Shown here piece after piece: positions 1-13,652 of a stretch of DNA of 64,000 nt. The notes under the pieces are model-generated. The model was not told the origin of the DNA, ran no database searches, and saw only the letters and a program-made list of their open reading frames with translations. The translations under genes and the position numbers were made by a program. Within the stretch, counting starts at the first letter, position 1. Each line of letters begins with the position of its first letter. Origin of the DNA: Podarcis muralis (lineage: Eukaryota); NCBI RefSeq assembly GCF_964188315.1, contig NC_135658.1, positions 75,702,001-75,766,000 of the forward strand, read 5' to 3'.

Positions 1-790
1 TAACTTTTAGACTGGAAGTGAAAACATTTTCTTATTTCTCTTGGTGTTTGATCTTATATTTAATGTTTTAACTCTGCTGTCCTTGGCTTTGGGTGTTGTG
101 CTTTTATTCTATTATTGCTGTGTAGTTTTCTTTCTTTTCTGAATGGCACCCAAGCTGGTTTTCCTGTGTCCTCCTTCAACCCAATATGCATCAAAAGTGC
201 ACCTGTATGTTACCAGGCTTCTATTGTACATGATGCCCCCATCTGCTCATGCAATCTGGCTCCATTATGTCTTGCTTTCAACAAGCCACAGAGTTTTTTA
301 AATACTTAGGAAACCTGAAATATTGCTGCAATGAATCATACATATGCAGTCTCCTTGAGGCTGTTTTCCCCAAACGATTCTTGCAATCACTTCATATGCT
401 GCTTTCCACTCCATTACACCAAAATGCACCCAAGAAGAGGTTTTATACTTGTCCTCACAAAAAAATATGCTAGTTATAAAATCATGCTCAGCATCTTTAT
501 GCAGGTCATTTTGAGTACAGCACATTTATTTCTGAATGCTGATGGAATGCTGTGTCCTATAAAAGCGCACATAGTATCTGCCTGCTAAGGCTTCTTTCCT
601 GCACCTCTTGTATAACTGCACAAGCTACAAAGCCAAAAAAATATTTAGAGGAACTTGCAAACAGGTAGCAGGCATACAGTATGTGAATCCAGGAAGCTAC
701 TGTGTTTTGAAATAACTAGATCCAAACAACTTGCTTTTCTGTTTATTTGGTGTTTCATACAGAAGCACTGACCATTTTCTCTTTCAGCTA

Positions 791-1014
791 CAGTGGTACC
801 TCGGTTTAAGAACAGTCCGCTTTAAGAATGATTTGGTTTGTGAACTCTGCAAAACCGGAAGTAATGTCCCGGTTTGCAAACTTTACCTCTGTCTAAGAAC
901 GGAAGCCGAACGGTATAACGGCACTGGCGGCAGGAGGCCTCATTAGGGAAAGACTGCCACAGTTTAAGAACTGACTTCCGGAACGGATTAAGTTTGTAAA
1001 CCGAGGTACCACTG
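791..1014. mobile_element. Tc1/mariner-pogo (Tigger-like) MITE
   Basis: Terminal inverted repeats CAGTGGTACCTCGGTTTA / TAAACCGAGGTACCACTG, flanked by TA on both sides; non-coding. Confidence 0.85.
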
Positions 1015-1628
1015 TATCTGAAAAGTCCTATATCACATTTTCATAAAAGGGAACAATACAACTTTGTAGGCCTCCCGTTCAGCATCTTCATTTCCTTGCT
1101 CCTCCCCACAGCTGCTCTTGTTTCTGTGTCAAACCTGCTAAACCAAATCACATCTCCAAACAAACCTGCTGTACAAGCTCAGCCCCGTTCCTATTTCCAG
1201 AGACTTGGCAAATGATCCCTGAGTAAGGAGTTTACCTTCCCTTAAACCTGGCGTAACTTTTGCACAGCTTCCGTTGCTCCTCTTGGTTCACTGCTAAGCA
1301 GTATTATTATTATTACTACTTCAATACCGTCCTATACCCGGAGGTCTTAGGGCAGTTTACAGTATGCACTCCTGATTATGTAGCTCAGTAGTAAAGTACT
1401 TTCTAGTTTGAGGCTTTTTAGGCTTCCATTTCCATGCTAAGAAGTTAATGGGGGGCGGGGTGGGCGGGAAATAAAATTACGCACAGTATACAGAAATAAT
1501 TTTTTATTCTCACACAATAACTAGGACCTGGATTCAGGACAGACAAAAGGATGCATTTCTTCACACAGTGCATAATTAATTTATAGGATTCATTGTCACA
1601 AGATGCAGCAACAGCCTACACTCATGTT

Positions 1629-1861
1629 TAAAGGTAAAGGGACCCCTGACTATTAGGTTGAGTCGCGGACGACTCTGGGGTTGCAGCGCTCATCTCGCTT
1701 TATTGGCCGGCGTACAGCTTCCGGGTCATGTGGCCAGCATGACTAAGCCGCTTTCTGGTGAACCAGAGAAACACGGAAACAGCATTTACCTTCCCGCCGG
1801 AGCAGTACCTATTTATCTACTTGCACTTTGATGTGCTTTCAAACTGCTAGGATGGCAGGAA
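1629..1861 (-). mobile_element. Sauria SINE, 5'-truncated
   Basis: Reverse complement of the ACCTTT tail and body shared with the full copies at 9080, 26410 and 47408; tRNA head missing. Confidence 0.85.
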
Positions 1862-2942
1862 CACTCACGTTTAGGTGGTTTTAAAAGAATGCTAAACAAA
1901 TTATTGGTGGATAAGTCGAATAATGGCTGTAAGAAACGATGGCTACACAGAACTTCCATATTCAAAGGAAATACTGTGTAGACACAGTCTTTAAAGCACA
2001 TTTGAAGCACATTTCCTCCCACAAAGAATTCTGGGCATTGTAGTTGGTTAAGGTTTGCTGGGAATTGTAACTTTATGAAGGAAAAACTATCGTGCCCAGA
2101 ATTCTTTTGGAGATGTGCCTCAAGAGTGCTTTAAAGATATAGTACGTCCACAGGAGTGTGCCACTGAAAACCAGTTGCTAAGATCAGCAACCAGCAAAGG
2201 CTTCATCTCTATTTGTGAACTTCTTGGGAGTCATTCAGTTGACAACTGTGTGGCACTGTGAGGAGCATAATGAGAGGACCAGGTCCATTACCCTTTAAAC
2301 CTCACTGGTAGATCTTGGGCCAGTCACTGTATCACCAAAACCTATTTCACAGGGAAATGATAAAGACAAAATAAAGGGGGGGGGGGGAGGCAATCATTGC
2401 AGCTTGAGCTTCTTGGAGGAAAGAAAAGGATAGAAAAGAAAGGACAGAACACAAACCAAGGTGCTGGGCTGCCTTTGGTTTGATGCAACAGGGCTAATTT
2501 GTTCTTACTCAAGCCAACTTCTGCTGCTCCACATGTGCAGCCATAGATGTGAGGGATGCTTGGTCCAAACTAAGGCCTTGCCTACACAAACGAGGTAGTA
2601 AAACAGACCATCCCTACAGGTGGGGGAGAGAACTTTTTGAAGATGTTCTCTGAAAACAAGCACAATACAAACTGGGCAGACTGGGCCAGAGGAGTGTGTG
2701 CTTTCACATGGGACTCAAAAGTAGAATTCACCACCTGTGCGCAGCCTGTGGCACTGCCTGCCACATGGCACACCACACCAGCCCTAAATTTATATGGCAC
2801 TTGCTTCCAGGGAAGTTTTCTGCAGCCTTGTTCCCCCCTTTTGAGGTGAATACACGATGCGCCAAACCCCAAAGGTCCCTCCGCTCCAAGCTTACCCGAG
2901 TTGCCACTTCCCAAACGCTTCTTCCCTTTCAGCATCACTCAC

Positions 2943-3405
2943 CGTAATTATAGGACATGGTCAGGGTGGAGTTGCCGAACCTGGGCTCGTTGTAGATCAC
3001 CACGGCAGCCGCCCGCTTCCTCACGGCGTTGGCGATTTTGTCCTTCAAGCTGCAGCCCCCGTGCGCCACCAGAGCGATCCACGACGGAGGCGTCCCCGCG
3101 AACTGCGCTCCGGGCGGCCTGGGGATCTCGTAGTCGATCCCCGGCGCGCAGCCTTCCATGTGGCGGCCGCTCCCCGCTCCGCCGCCGCGGGGGATGCCCA
3201 CCAGGCCTTGCGCGTTGTCCTTGGGCGAGCCGTCGCCGTAGCGGCCGCTCTCGGTGCTCTCCTGCACCGTGCGGTTGGTGCCGGGCTCGGTGTACATGGT
3301 GGTCACCCAGGCCGTGTACCACACCAGGGACCAGGCTACCCGCGGGCACCCCACCGCCGCCAGCGCCAGCAGCAGAGGCAGCGCCACGCGGCGCAACAGC
3401 ACCAT
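2943..3405 (-). CDS. RNF149: RNF149 coding exon 1: signal peptide plus PA domain of a GRAIL/Goliath-family RING E3 ligase
   Basis: Strong Kozak gccATGG at 3405. Encodes MVLLRRVALPLLLALAAVG (signal), ESGRYGDGSPK, EGCAP and WIALVAHGGCSLKDKI...AVVIYNE. Phase-1 donor G|GTGAGT at 2942. RNF149-CREG2-RFX8 order matches human 2q11, favouring RNF149 over RNF128/130. Confidence 0.88.
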
Positions 3406-3790
3406 GGCAAACCCCCCACACGCGCTTGGAGAATGGAGCGCCCAGACCGCCTGAACCGAAAAGCGGCAGCGCCGGCGCAAGCGGCAACCTCCGCGTTCCC
3501 GCCCCTTCCTTCCTTCCCTGGGAGGCGGCCCGGCTCGCTCGCCCGGCCAGGAGAAAGGCAAAGAGGCGGGGACTCGGCGGCCAGGCCTCCTTCCTGCGCC
3601 CAAGCAAAGCCGCCCTCTTTCCTTCCCTCATAAATGCAGCCTGGCGCGCGCGCTCGTTTGGGAACCGCCCCCTGTCCATTTTCTTCCCCAGGGGAGAAAG
3701 CAAAGGGCTGCGCGCGCGCCCAGGCAACCCCAGCCCTGTCTACTCAGGAGTCGTCCATGAATTCAGTCCGGCTCGCGCCCAAGTGTGTAG
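2950..3790 (-). promoter_or_regulatory. CpG island / RNF149 promoter
   Basis: Very GC- and CpG-rich tract over exon 1 and upstream, with GC boxes and GCGCGCGC runs, against an AT-rich background. Confidence 0.8.
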
Positions 3791-5632
3791 GATCGCAGCC
3801 TAAAACTGCAGTCCCGACACACCTGGGAGTAAGCCTCGCTGAATTCAATAGGACTCTCTTCTGGGTAGGTATGATCAGGGTTATAATAATAATAATTATT
3901 ATTATTATTTATGATTTATACCCTACCCATCTGGCTGGGTTTCCCCAGCCACGCTGGGTGGCTCCCAACAAAATATTAAAAACAAAAAAAATCAAACATT
4001 AAATACTTCTCAAGTTGTCCCTTGGGCTGTATACATGATGTATGTTTAAATAATAAATCAATTTCCCCTTTCCCAAGTACAGTATGTTGGGAACTGAAGT
4101 TTATCCATCAAAGCTACAACTCCCAACAACCTTTCCAAACTACAGTTCCCAGGATTCTTCTTCTTTGTGTGTGTGCTGGGGGAGATGTTATTTAGTTATG
4201 CGACACTTGATTCCTGGCGACTGTCCTTTAAGGGTGCTGGCAATTGTAACTGTGAGGCGATAGCTCTGTTTTCCAGGACTCTTGGCGACGTCATGTACTT
4301 TAAATGTATGGTGTGGATGTATCCCTAACATTTAATTGGGGGGGGGGGGATATATGCTAGAAATGAGTATCTCTAGGTGAGATTATGGCAATGTGTTAGG
4401 CATGGCCTGCCTCTGAAAATGTTCGAAAACTTCAGCTGTTGCAGCTAGTTCACTCCATCTTCTTCACAATGTAGACAGTTGCTGGGAAGCGCAAGTCAGG
4501 AGGCTGCTGTTGTGCTTCTGGGCTTCCTGTGGGCAACTGCTTGACCACATTTCTATGGCACCTTGAGAAGAATAAAATCTATCCTCCCCCTTCAGCTACT
4601 GGGCAAAAGTTACAATTACGAGTACATTTTGGCTTTATCCCAACACATAGATGGCCCTTAAGACATTTTGAAAATCCTATTATGTCAAGCAACCTGGAGG
4701 CGGGAAGACCAGCAGTGCCTGGTCCCTGCCAAACAATAAAACAGTGCACTGTCCACTGAACTATGAGCCATGGTTAACATTAGCTATGATGTACTGAAAC
4801 AACCCAAGTTCATTAACCATGGTTTGCAGTTGGCTTGCTTCAATAGACCATAGCTACACTAAGCACACAGCATGTCCAGGTCCAGACATAAGAAATCAAT
4901 GTCCACTGAAAATCAAAGCAAAAGCTTCTAATAATCTCATATTGCAGAAAGAGAAGAGAGTGGGGTGTCCATAAGCCCAACACTAAGGCTCACAATACCA
5001 GGCAACAGTTAAATGTGAATGCAGCCACAATCTGAATGGTTAAAGCAAAGTTAAAGACTTGACTTCTTCTTTAGTCTTCCATAAAAGCATATTAGGATAC
5101 AGAGTTGTCCCAAAACCATATTGAAAGCATCTTAAGAGTATAGCATTTTGTAAGATAATTAAAGACAAATGTGTGCCTAAGGAAAGGTGGAATCTATAAT
5201 GTCAACTTAATTAAAATTCTTTACATACTTTAGGCAGCTCTTTAGAGTTTCATGTGAACAACTAGGTACAATAATATAACCACCATATATATATATACCA
5301 GCCATTTCATTTTGGGTTGCGATTCTTGTCCAGTTTCAAAAATTATAATGAGCACATCCTGTGGTATACATGTTCATAAAAATCCAGGAATATTTAAACA
5401 CCTTAAAGAAGAGTCTAGTATTATCTGTCTCCAGCCTTAACATTCATTTTCATTTCAAAGGCCCTTACTGTGTCAACCCACTCCATTTAAGAGAAATGGA
5501 GCCATTTTAAGTACTTTGCACAAAAATACTGTTAAATAAATAGTCAGTACCATAGAATATAAAACAGTTGCACCCCCCAGCCACCCCCCAAAGTAAATAT
5601 GAAACACTGAATCCTCTTATTTGGAATTTTGA

Positions 5633-5780
5633 TCAAGCTTTACTGGGAACTGCTTTGAAATACTCCTCCACCGCAATGGCGGCAATTCCTCCATACCAAT
5701 TCTGAAGCCAGACATGTTCAATGTTCATTTTCATAAAGAACCATTCATAATTGCGAGGCCATTTTCTCATTGCTGGATGC
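5633..5780 (-). CDS. CREG2: CREG2 exon 4 (last coding exon)
   Basis: Acceptor ttccag|G; encodes HPAMRKWPRNYEWFFMKMNIEHVWLQNWYGGIAAIAVEEYFKAVPSKA*, matching the CREG2 C-terminus; TGA at 5633-5635. Confidence 0.95.
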
Positions 5781-7129
5781 CTGGAAGAACAAAAGGTAGC
5801 CAAACAGGTTAGAATAAGGCAGGTCCAGAAGGCTTCTCACAGCCAATGGTCCCTAGAATTCTTTGGAAATAATGTGAGTTTCAACACTAGCAGTTTCAAC
5901 ACTATCCTTTAGGACAGCAAATATTTAAGCCCAAATATGTGCATGACACAAACAACAAGAAACCCTAAACGTTCAGGGATGAATCCAGACTTTGTAATAC
6001 TTAAGAGTAGTCCCGCTGAAAACTGTGAGACGTAGGAGTGTGTTTATCTTCCACATTTCCGCTTGCCCTTCCTGTTGCTTTGCCCCGGGGAAAACCTGCT
6101 GTTTACTGCTGAATCGGAGCAAATGTCAATCAGGTTTTCTGTGGACTGGCGTTTGTTCCAATTTAGCGGCAAACAGTGGGTTTGCCTGGGGAAAGCAGTG
6201 GGACAAGCAGAAAACCTCACAGACGCATTCTTTTTAAGCACAGGACAGGTGGAAGCACTAAGTATGACTAAGGGAGCAGTCCAAACCCAAGGTTTGCCAG
6301 GATGAGTGGCGTTTGGAAGAGGCGGCTCTCTAGCTAATGTCCCTAATGAGCTGTAGATACGCCATTGTAAGTCCTTCATTCTGGCTCAGCTGAACCAAGG
6401 CCAGGGTGCGTCCTGAAAAAGGGGTGTTATGGGTCATGGGGAGGCAGGAGGAGATTTTCTCCTGTTCCAAACTCTTTCAGCTCAGTCATGGGACCCAGCA
6501 ACCCAACGGAAACTACAGTGGTAAAAAAGGGTGGTGTAAGTAAAACTCTGCTTTAAAACTATTTAAAACTCGATTGTTTTTCCTTACAGGCGCAGACCAG
6601 CTCAAGCTGCGGTAGCCCCACTCTTGACCTGAGTATGCCATAGGGGCAAATTACACACGACATAAATTACCCTTGCTTTCTGTTGTTTGGGTTGCTCTGT
6701 TGGGCTGCAATACTAGCTACGCTTACCCAGGAGTAAGCGCCACTAAATTCAACAGGACTTAGTTCTGCGTCCTGACATGTGTAGTAGGATTGTGATGTTG
6801 TGCCAGCTAGTGTACTGCCGAGCATTCCCTCACATTAACCTTGGACATTATTCAATCAATGCTAAAGCATCTTTAAAACCCATGGATTTCAAATACGAGA
6901 GTTAAGCACTGACCATAAGGATTTACAAGTACTTAAAAAGTGCCTGGGAGGAACCCAGGTTTTCAATTAACATTTGGCTCTTGCCAGCAGATGCGTTTGG
7001 GAGAAGTTCCGTTCTGGGGGTGGGGGACAATGCTCATGTATTATTCCTTCAGTTCTTGGTCCAATTGCCTTATTTTACATTTCACCCCCACCCCTCCTGT
7101 TAGCACAGTAACATTAGATTCATACAGAC

Positions 7130-7243
7130 CTAGAAAACAATGCTTGCTTGGCAAATTCCATTTCTTCCAGAGGCACCGTCACCATCTGCCCTGTAAGAAT
7201 AAGTCTGACACACCGCGGATCATCAGGGTCAACAATTGTTTTT
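7130..7243 (-). CDS. CREG2: CREG2 exon 3
   Basis: 114 nt, phase 2/2; KTIVDPDDPRCVRLILTGQMVTVPLEEMEFAKQALFSR; acceptor ttacag, donor AG|GTCTGT. Confidence 0.93.
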
Positions 7244-9079
7244 CTGTAAGCAAAGAAAAGTGTTTATGTTATATGGCAGCTTAAAGATTAACTAATTTAT
7301 TATGGCGTAAACCAGTCTTTGCTAACATGGCACCTTCCATGTGGACTACAATTCACATCAATCTCAGCCAGGAGCAGGTTGTACTGGCTACAGCTGATGG
7401 GAGTTGTAGTCCACAAATTCTGGAGGGCACTCTGGTTGGTGAAGCTTTAGTGGACTACAGTCCATTTGTTCAAAAGTTGTGTTACTGCACTTCAGAACTT
7501 GTACCTGCAGATCTACATGTGTTAACTTCATATGTAAACTTAAAACAGTCTTCAAAATATGGATCAGACCGTACTAGTTTATTGTGAAGGGCAGATATTA
7601 CACATTTCTGATATGAGTGATATAGATGGGGTGTCGGAGGCAATAATATAAGGGCGAATGACGTCTCACAGAAGGCAATGATTCTCAACAAAATTCCATT
7701 ATCTGTTATAAAATAAAATAGGGAACCAATGAGACACACAAACAGATGCCTACGACAAATATTAACCAGCACTGTATTCTCAAAAAGAAGGTATGGATAC
7801 AAACCATTTGTTTTTAACACTATCAGAACCCTTGCTGAAATAAAATAGTTTTATTAATGTTTGGTACAAAGAGGTATTGTTATGCTGATCCCCTGAAGAT
7901 TCAGGTTATCTGTCCTACTATAACAAATTTATACTAAACTCTTTGCTGCTCTTTATGTAAGAACAACATCAACGATTGGGTAACATATAGCAATACTAGC
8001 AAAGGAAGTCACAACAGGTTCAGTAGAACTAATACCAGTTTCTATTGATTGTTCGTTTCTACTTTTATCTCACATACATTGGAAGGTTATTGCTTATTAT
8101 GCAGGCATAAATCAAAGTCACATTGTGTTTATTGGGGGGGGGGGTGTTATTGGATTGTTGTTTTTATTTTGAGTATGTATTTTGTTGTTTTATATTTTGC
8201 TTTTATTCTGCGACCCACCCTGAGACCTCCGGTTATAAGGCGGTATATAAATTCAGTAAATAATAATACACACGAATAAGCTTGCATAGGACTGCATCCT
8301 TAACTTTACAGATTTGAAAAGCTGCTCGTAGCAATATATTTCTGAGTAATAAGAAACTGGAATTAATTTCCCCTCACTTGAATTATACTTGGTTTAGGTT
8401 GCCATTCTAGGCACACTTTCTTGCGAGTAAGCCCAGCTGAATGCATGTTGCACTGTATTCACTATATCATATAAGATGATGACTCTAGCAAATCTGATTT
8501 AGGGAGCTGCAGCCTGTGTGCAATAAAAGCTGTCATTCACAAACCATATATTCTGGAGTAGTTTTTCTATTGTACCATCCAGCTGAAATTTATGCGAGTT
8601 CTCCAGATTAAATGCTTTGTGCACCGCATCCCAAAACTGTAGGTCCAACCTCTCGCAGCACTTCACTATTAGCATACCTACAAGAAAGAATAATAGCGTA
8701 CTGCTTCCGTCTGTCTAGCATAGCTTGTTTTTCTCCTATGCTCTGCCTCTTTAGGCAGCTGTAATGTGTCTGTTTTATGAACAGCATTTAGTTTAGCGCA
8801 GTGGAGAGAAATAAGCTTGTACTAAATTCTCATAGACCGCTAGAACCCATTGTGGTGCCCTTGAAAAGATGTTGGATCTTCCATCACCTTGATGGCTTAG
8901 GTTGATGGGAGTTGTAGTCCAAAAGCATCTAGAGTCAGCAGATTGGATACTACTGTCACGAGGCAATGTAAGAGGTGTTTTAGTATTATCCAGGTCTTTG
9001 GCTAATTCAACAGTCTGTGGTCTTTTGAACAATGAGGGGCGGGGGGACATTGTTTTTGCTTGTTACTATGTTATGTATT

Positions 9080-9422
9080 AGGGACGCGGGTGGCGCTGTG
9101 AGCCTAGGACTTGCCGATCAGAAGGTCGGCGATTCAAATCCCCACAACGGGGTGAGCTCCCGTTGCTTGGTCCCTGCTCCTGCCAACCTAGCAGTTCAAA
9201 AGCATGTCAAAGTGCAAGTAGATAAATAGGTACCGCTCCGGGCGGGAAGGTAAACGGCGTTTCCGTGTGCTGCTCTAGTTCGCCAGAAGCGGCTTAGTCA
9301 TGCTGGCCACATGACCCGGAAGCTGTACGCCGGCTCCCTTGGCCAGTAAAGCGAGATGAGCGCCGCAACCCCAGAGTCGGCCATGACTGGACCTAATGGT
9401 CAGGGGTCCCTTTACCTTTACC
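9080..9422 (+). mobile_element. Sauria SINE (small deletion in head) inserted into an L2-like 3' tail
   Basis: GGGACGCGGGTGGCGCTGTG head, GGTTCGAATCC-like B box, ACCTTT tail; TSD TTATGTATT at 9071-9079 and 9423-9431. Confidence 0.9.
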
Positions 9423-10994
9423 TTATGTATTTTTGTGCTTTTATATTGTAAACCGCCCTGTGATCGTCGGATGAAGGGCGGTATAGAAATTTAATTAATA
9501 ATAATAGTAACAACAACAACAACAGTCCTTATGCTTAAACTAGGGTGCTTCCGGTAAAAACAGGTAACCTGTTATTGGGCATTCATCCCAGTTTGATTGC
9601 AGGGAGGTTAGATTACATTAGCCAATTATTGAGCACGCATTCTGAATTTGCAGAGGTGGTGGATGGGGAGGAGTTACGCAACATTGCTTCAAGCAAGTGT
9701 TATCCCACATTTTGCAATGCCTTTCCCCAACTCTGTCCTTATCACATGGGGGGGCAGGGGCGGGGTAGGAACCGGTTTGTTGTGCACACCCTTCAAATCA
9801 GCTTTAGTTGCCAACCTGAATGCGGCTGGGATGCGATTGTGAATCTGCACCTGAAATGGCAACAGTCCTGAAGTGCCCCCAGTTTTAAAGCGTAATCCTA
9901 GATGTATCTTCTCAGAAGTAATTCCTGCTCAGTTCAGTGGGGCTTAGTCTCAGGTTACAAAATGGCAGCCTAAACATCTGGATAAATTCCAGATTGTGAA
10001 GAAAGGCAAACAAAACAGTTGTGCAATTCTAGGTGGAGGATGTGTTGAAAATCATTGTTTCTTTTCCACCTACTTATTCCTCTTCTTTCACACATGTGAA
10101 TTCCCAGTTTGAGAATGACTCAGGAAAGGAGCATGTCAACCTGCTTATTAAAGTCTGTGCCTACACGAGAGTCCTGTCAACATCAAATTTATTAGTGTCT
10201 GCGGGAGTTTCACTGAATGTTTCACCTGATCATTCATAGCTGTCATGAAACAGTTTGAAGATTATTTATGCTGGTGTACTATAACAGACCTCAGCATGGA
10301 GAGCTGCACCAATAAAAGTGGTCCATGAATCTCTTCTTCTGAACTAGGATCGAACTCGAGGATACATCATAGTATCTGTGCTCAAAAAGTGAGGGTGGGG
10401 AGCCTTTTGAAGCCTGTGGGCTGCATTCCTTTCTAGGCCATGTTCTTCTACTCCCCACAACTTAGTCCCTCTCAAGGTTGACATTCCCAGAATTTTTATG
10501 GAGAAGCCATGATAGCTCAGTTTCAAAATCTGCACTGATGTCCTGGAATAGACAAGGCAAGCAAATGGACAGGCATGGATTGTCATGCAAGCTACAACCT
10601 GAAATTCCTTCTTCTACACCACTTTTGCGTAGACTTGAGGCAGGCCGAAAACCAGCAGTCTGGCAATGCAAAAGGAAGCTCTCACTAACAAATGGCTCAG
10701 TCAAAGAGATTAGGAAAAGGATCAGATATTGGAGTGTTATATCAAATAATTATATACGAGTCCCCAAGAGAGTAGGGCTAAAGAATGGTGTATTAGTTCA
10801 GTATCCTAGCTCAGATTTCCCTCTAGTCAGCCGACCGACTCCCAAGCCATCTGATGGCAGCCCTGTATAGGGAGGTTTTTTAATGTTTGATGATGTTTTT
10901 ATATATGTTGGAAGCTGCCTAGAGTGGCTGGGGCAAGCCAGTCAAATGGGCAGGGTAGAAATAGTAAAAATCTTCCTCTTGTTGTTGTTGAATA

Positions 10995-11344
10995 AAGGCA
11001 AAGGGACCCCTGACCATTAGGTCCAGTCGTGGCTGACTCTGGGGTTGCGGCGCTCATCTTGCTTTATTGGCCGAGGGAGCCGGCGTACAGCTTCCGGGTC
11101 ATGTGGCCAGCATGACTAAACTGCTTCTGGCGAACCAGAGCAGCGCACAGAAATGCCGTTTACCTTCCTGCCGGAGCGGTACCTATTTATCTACTTGCAC
11201 TTTGACATGCTTTCGAACTGCTAAGTTGGCAGGAACAGGGACCAAGCAACGGGAGCTCACCCCGTCGCGGGGATTCGAACCGCCGACCTTCTGATTGGCA
11301 AGTCCTAGGCTCTGTGGTTTAACCCACAGCGCCACCCACATCCC
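10995..11344 (-). mobile_element. Sauria SINE, full length
   Basis: Complete head and tail; 12-bp TSD TGTTGTTGAATA at 10983-10994 and 11345-11356. Confidence 0.92.
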
Positions 11345-12278
11345 TGTTGTTGAATAGGACGTCCTTATTTTCATCAGAGAAATGTTGGAAGGTATGCTGA
11401 TAGCATAGGGAGCAGGAAATTAGCTCCTAGTTTGAGCCTTTTGAAACACTTCTGTGGAATTTTTTGTCCTACAATTTTTCGTTTCCCACTTAGCCTTTTA
11501 TGGGTTCAGACCCAGTGCTAAGCAATCTTCACTCCGAAACAGTTCAGCATATGTGGACAAACAATGGCTGGCATGATATGGGTGTCTTCAAACATGACTC
11601 AGCTTGATGGAAACCAGGTTCCCAAATATTTTGAATCCCCTCCACCACCACCACAGCAGTACAGAAGGCAAAGCTATATTAACAGATAAATACTGCAGCT
11701 AATTTATCAAAAACCCACATCACATTCATTTTATGTTTTGAAAAGCACAACTGCATACCTTACACGCATCCTCTTTGGCCCATAAATCGTAACACACCCT
11801 TAAAGGATATGAGCTGGTAAGCATGTATTAGCTTTACTAATCTGTGTGGTACGGACATCAAACTAAATCTCACTTGAAAGCAAAATTCATAATCTGAAAA
11901 GCTTCTCTTGATCTTTGGCTTTATGCTTCTGGGCACTGTTAACTTCCTTGCTGCTGCAGCTTTTTGCGATAAAGAGCTTTCTCTTTCTTACACACACACC
12001 ACACTTCAAAGCTCTGAGTTAAAATTCCAATAGCTTCTAAAAATGAGATGCCTGCACTTGATTGAATTCCCTTTTCTAGTTGAGTTCACAACCACTTGCA
12101 TGCTGCAGACGGAATTGTTAAAGAGTTTTGAATCTACTTGTTTCTTCATCTGCTAATTTCTCCTTGCTGCTACGTGCTAAGATTTCCTCATATGCACCCT
12201 CTGAACAGGTGGCAGTTGTCTGACGGCAATGATCACCTATTTGGGCAGAAGACGGACTCTGGATTCCGTTCCTGCCAT

Positions 12279-12754
12279 ATGCCCCAAGGCATTATGTGCA
12301 CTTTCAAAGCTGACTGCAACACACCAGGAAACAGAGTATCCTGGAGGCTGTGGTGATGCTGGGGGTATGTACCACCACATAATCAATTTTGACAAACTAT
12401 ATCATCCTGGTTATTTCGAAAAAGTTGGTATGAGACATTCCCACTTGAAGAAAAACCAGCACCTCTGTCCTACGGTGAATCTGAATAAGCTCTGGAAACC
12501 TGTTAGTGAGCAGACGAAGCTCAACTATGCCAAAAAATCAGGCGGGATTAGCTCCAGTTATTGATGTTGTATGCTCGGGTTACTACGAAGTCCTGGCATG
12601 AGGAAACTGCCCAGACAGCCTGTAATAGTGAAAGCAGAATTTTTCAGCAGAAAGGCAGAAGAGAAGATCAAAGAAGCCGGTGTGTTATTGGCGTAGTTTT
12701 TGTATGTATCCAGGCATAAATAAACATAATTTCAGATGTGCATTGAAAAATAAA
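12279..12754 (+). pseudogene. RPL27A: RPL27A processed pseudogene, antisense in CREG2 intron 2
   Basis: Intronless [53 protein letters not shown]... then, after frameshifts, [15 protein letters not shown] and [24 protein letters not shown]...VLLA*. Downstream AATAAA signals. The 5' boundary is approximate. Confidence 0.9.
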
Positions 12755-13560
12755 ATGTTATATATATACATACACACACACGTAAAAGGTTGGGTTTCTA
12801 ATCAGGCGGTATGACAACTAGATCCAGGCACATGGAACCAACTATAACCTGGACGTTTTTTCTAAAGAAATCCAGCTTTGGGAAAGGAGGGGTTTGAGCA
12901 GAGAAGGGAGTGCTCCATTACTTTCCCATTGGCTGCTGTTGACGCTCCCAACTACTTTTCCACCTTGCCCTCACAGCATTCTAGATGCGCGTTTGCTCTT
13001 GAAAGCATGCCTTTGGCACGCTGTCTGGTGAGAGCAGCTGAGGAAATGACTCGGGGAAGGAAAACTGCAGGTGGAGAAAGGGTCAAGACAGTCCTTCCCT
13101 TTACGATCGCTTGTCCCCCCAGCTGCTCAGCACTTGTCGCTTGACGGAATGGGTGAGTTAGGGCCCATCTGGGCCTATAAAACCCAGGCTGAGCAATTGG
13201 TCACGGTCAAGCTGCTCTCAGAATGTGTTTGGTTTCTTGCCTTCTGGTTCTGGGTACTTGTCAGAGCTTGCTTTGCCTCCAGGCCTCAAAACCAGACGGG
13301 TGGGTGCATGGACCCAATCTGTGTCGATGACAGCACACACAACCCCGGGGTGCTCCATGTGTGTATCTTATCTGCTCTGAGATCAAACATATAGTCCCTC
13401 TGGGGCTAGACCAGAACGTCTTCACTGAAATATGACAGCCATGAAGTGCTCTGCTTCAAACGCAAACAACTTTCTTAAATGTTAACAAAATGGCATAAGT
13501 ATGGATGTGGATTTCTTGGTGCTTGTCAACATCAGTGACGTCCCAGACACCATCTGATAG

Positions 13561-13652
13561 AACTAACTTAGTTGGTCTTTAAGGTGCTACTGGAAGGAAT
13601 TTTTTTTGTTTTGACTATGGCAGACCAACACGGCTACCTATCTGTAACTGGA
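13561..13652. mobile_element. Penelope-like element terminal fragment
   Basis: TTAGTTGGTCTTTAAGGTGCTACTGGAAGG...CAGACCAACACGGCTACC, shared with the 14290, 14540, 26285 and 52910 copies; 12-bp flanking duplication ACCATCTGATAG at 13549-13560 and 13653-13664. Confidence 0.65.

Noticed and set aside
1450-1468. G-quadruplex motif (another at 44869-44887)
   Set aside because: Common in vertebrate introns, with no contextual support for function.
2935-3405. Assignment of the PA-domain exon to RNF128 or RNF130
   Set aside because: Adjacent CREG2 and RFX8 and the EGCAP / SESGR-type motifs favour RNF149.
3406-3603. 66-aa N-terminal extension of the RNF149 ORF in the track
   Set aside because: Begins at a non-ATG codon; the ATG at 3405 has a strong Kozak context and is directly followed by the signal peptide.
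2857-3803. Long overlapping ORFs (258, 300 and 259 aa) around RNF149 exon 1
   Set aside because: Stop-poor frames in a GC-rich CpG island; low complexity with no recognisable domain.
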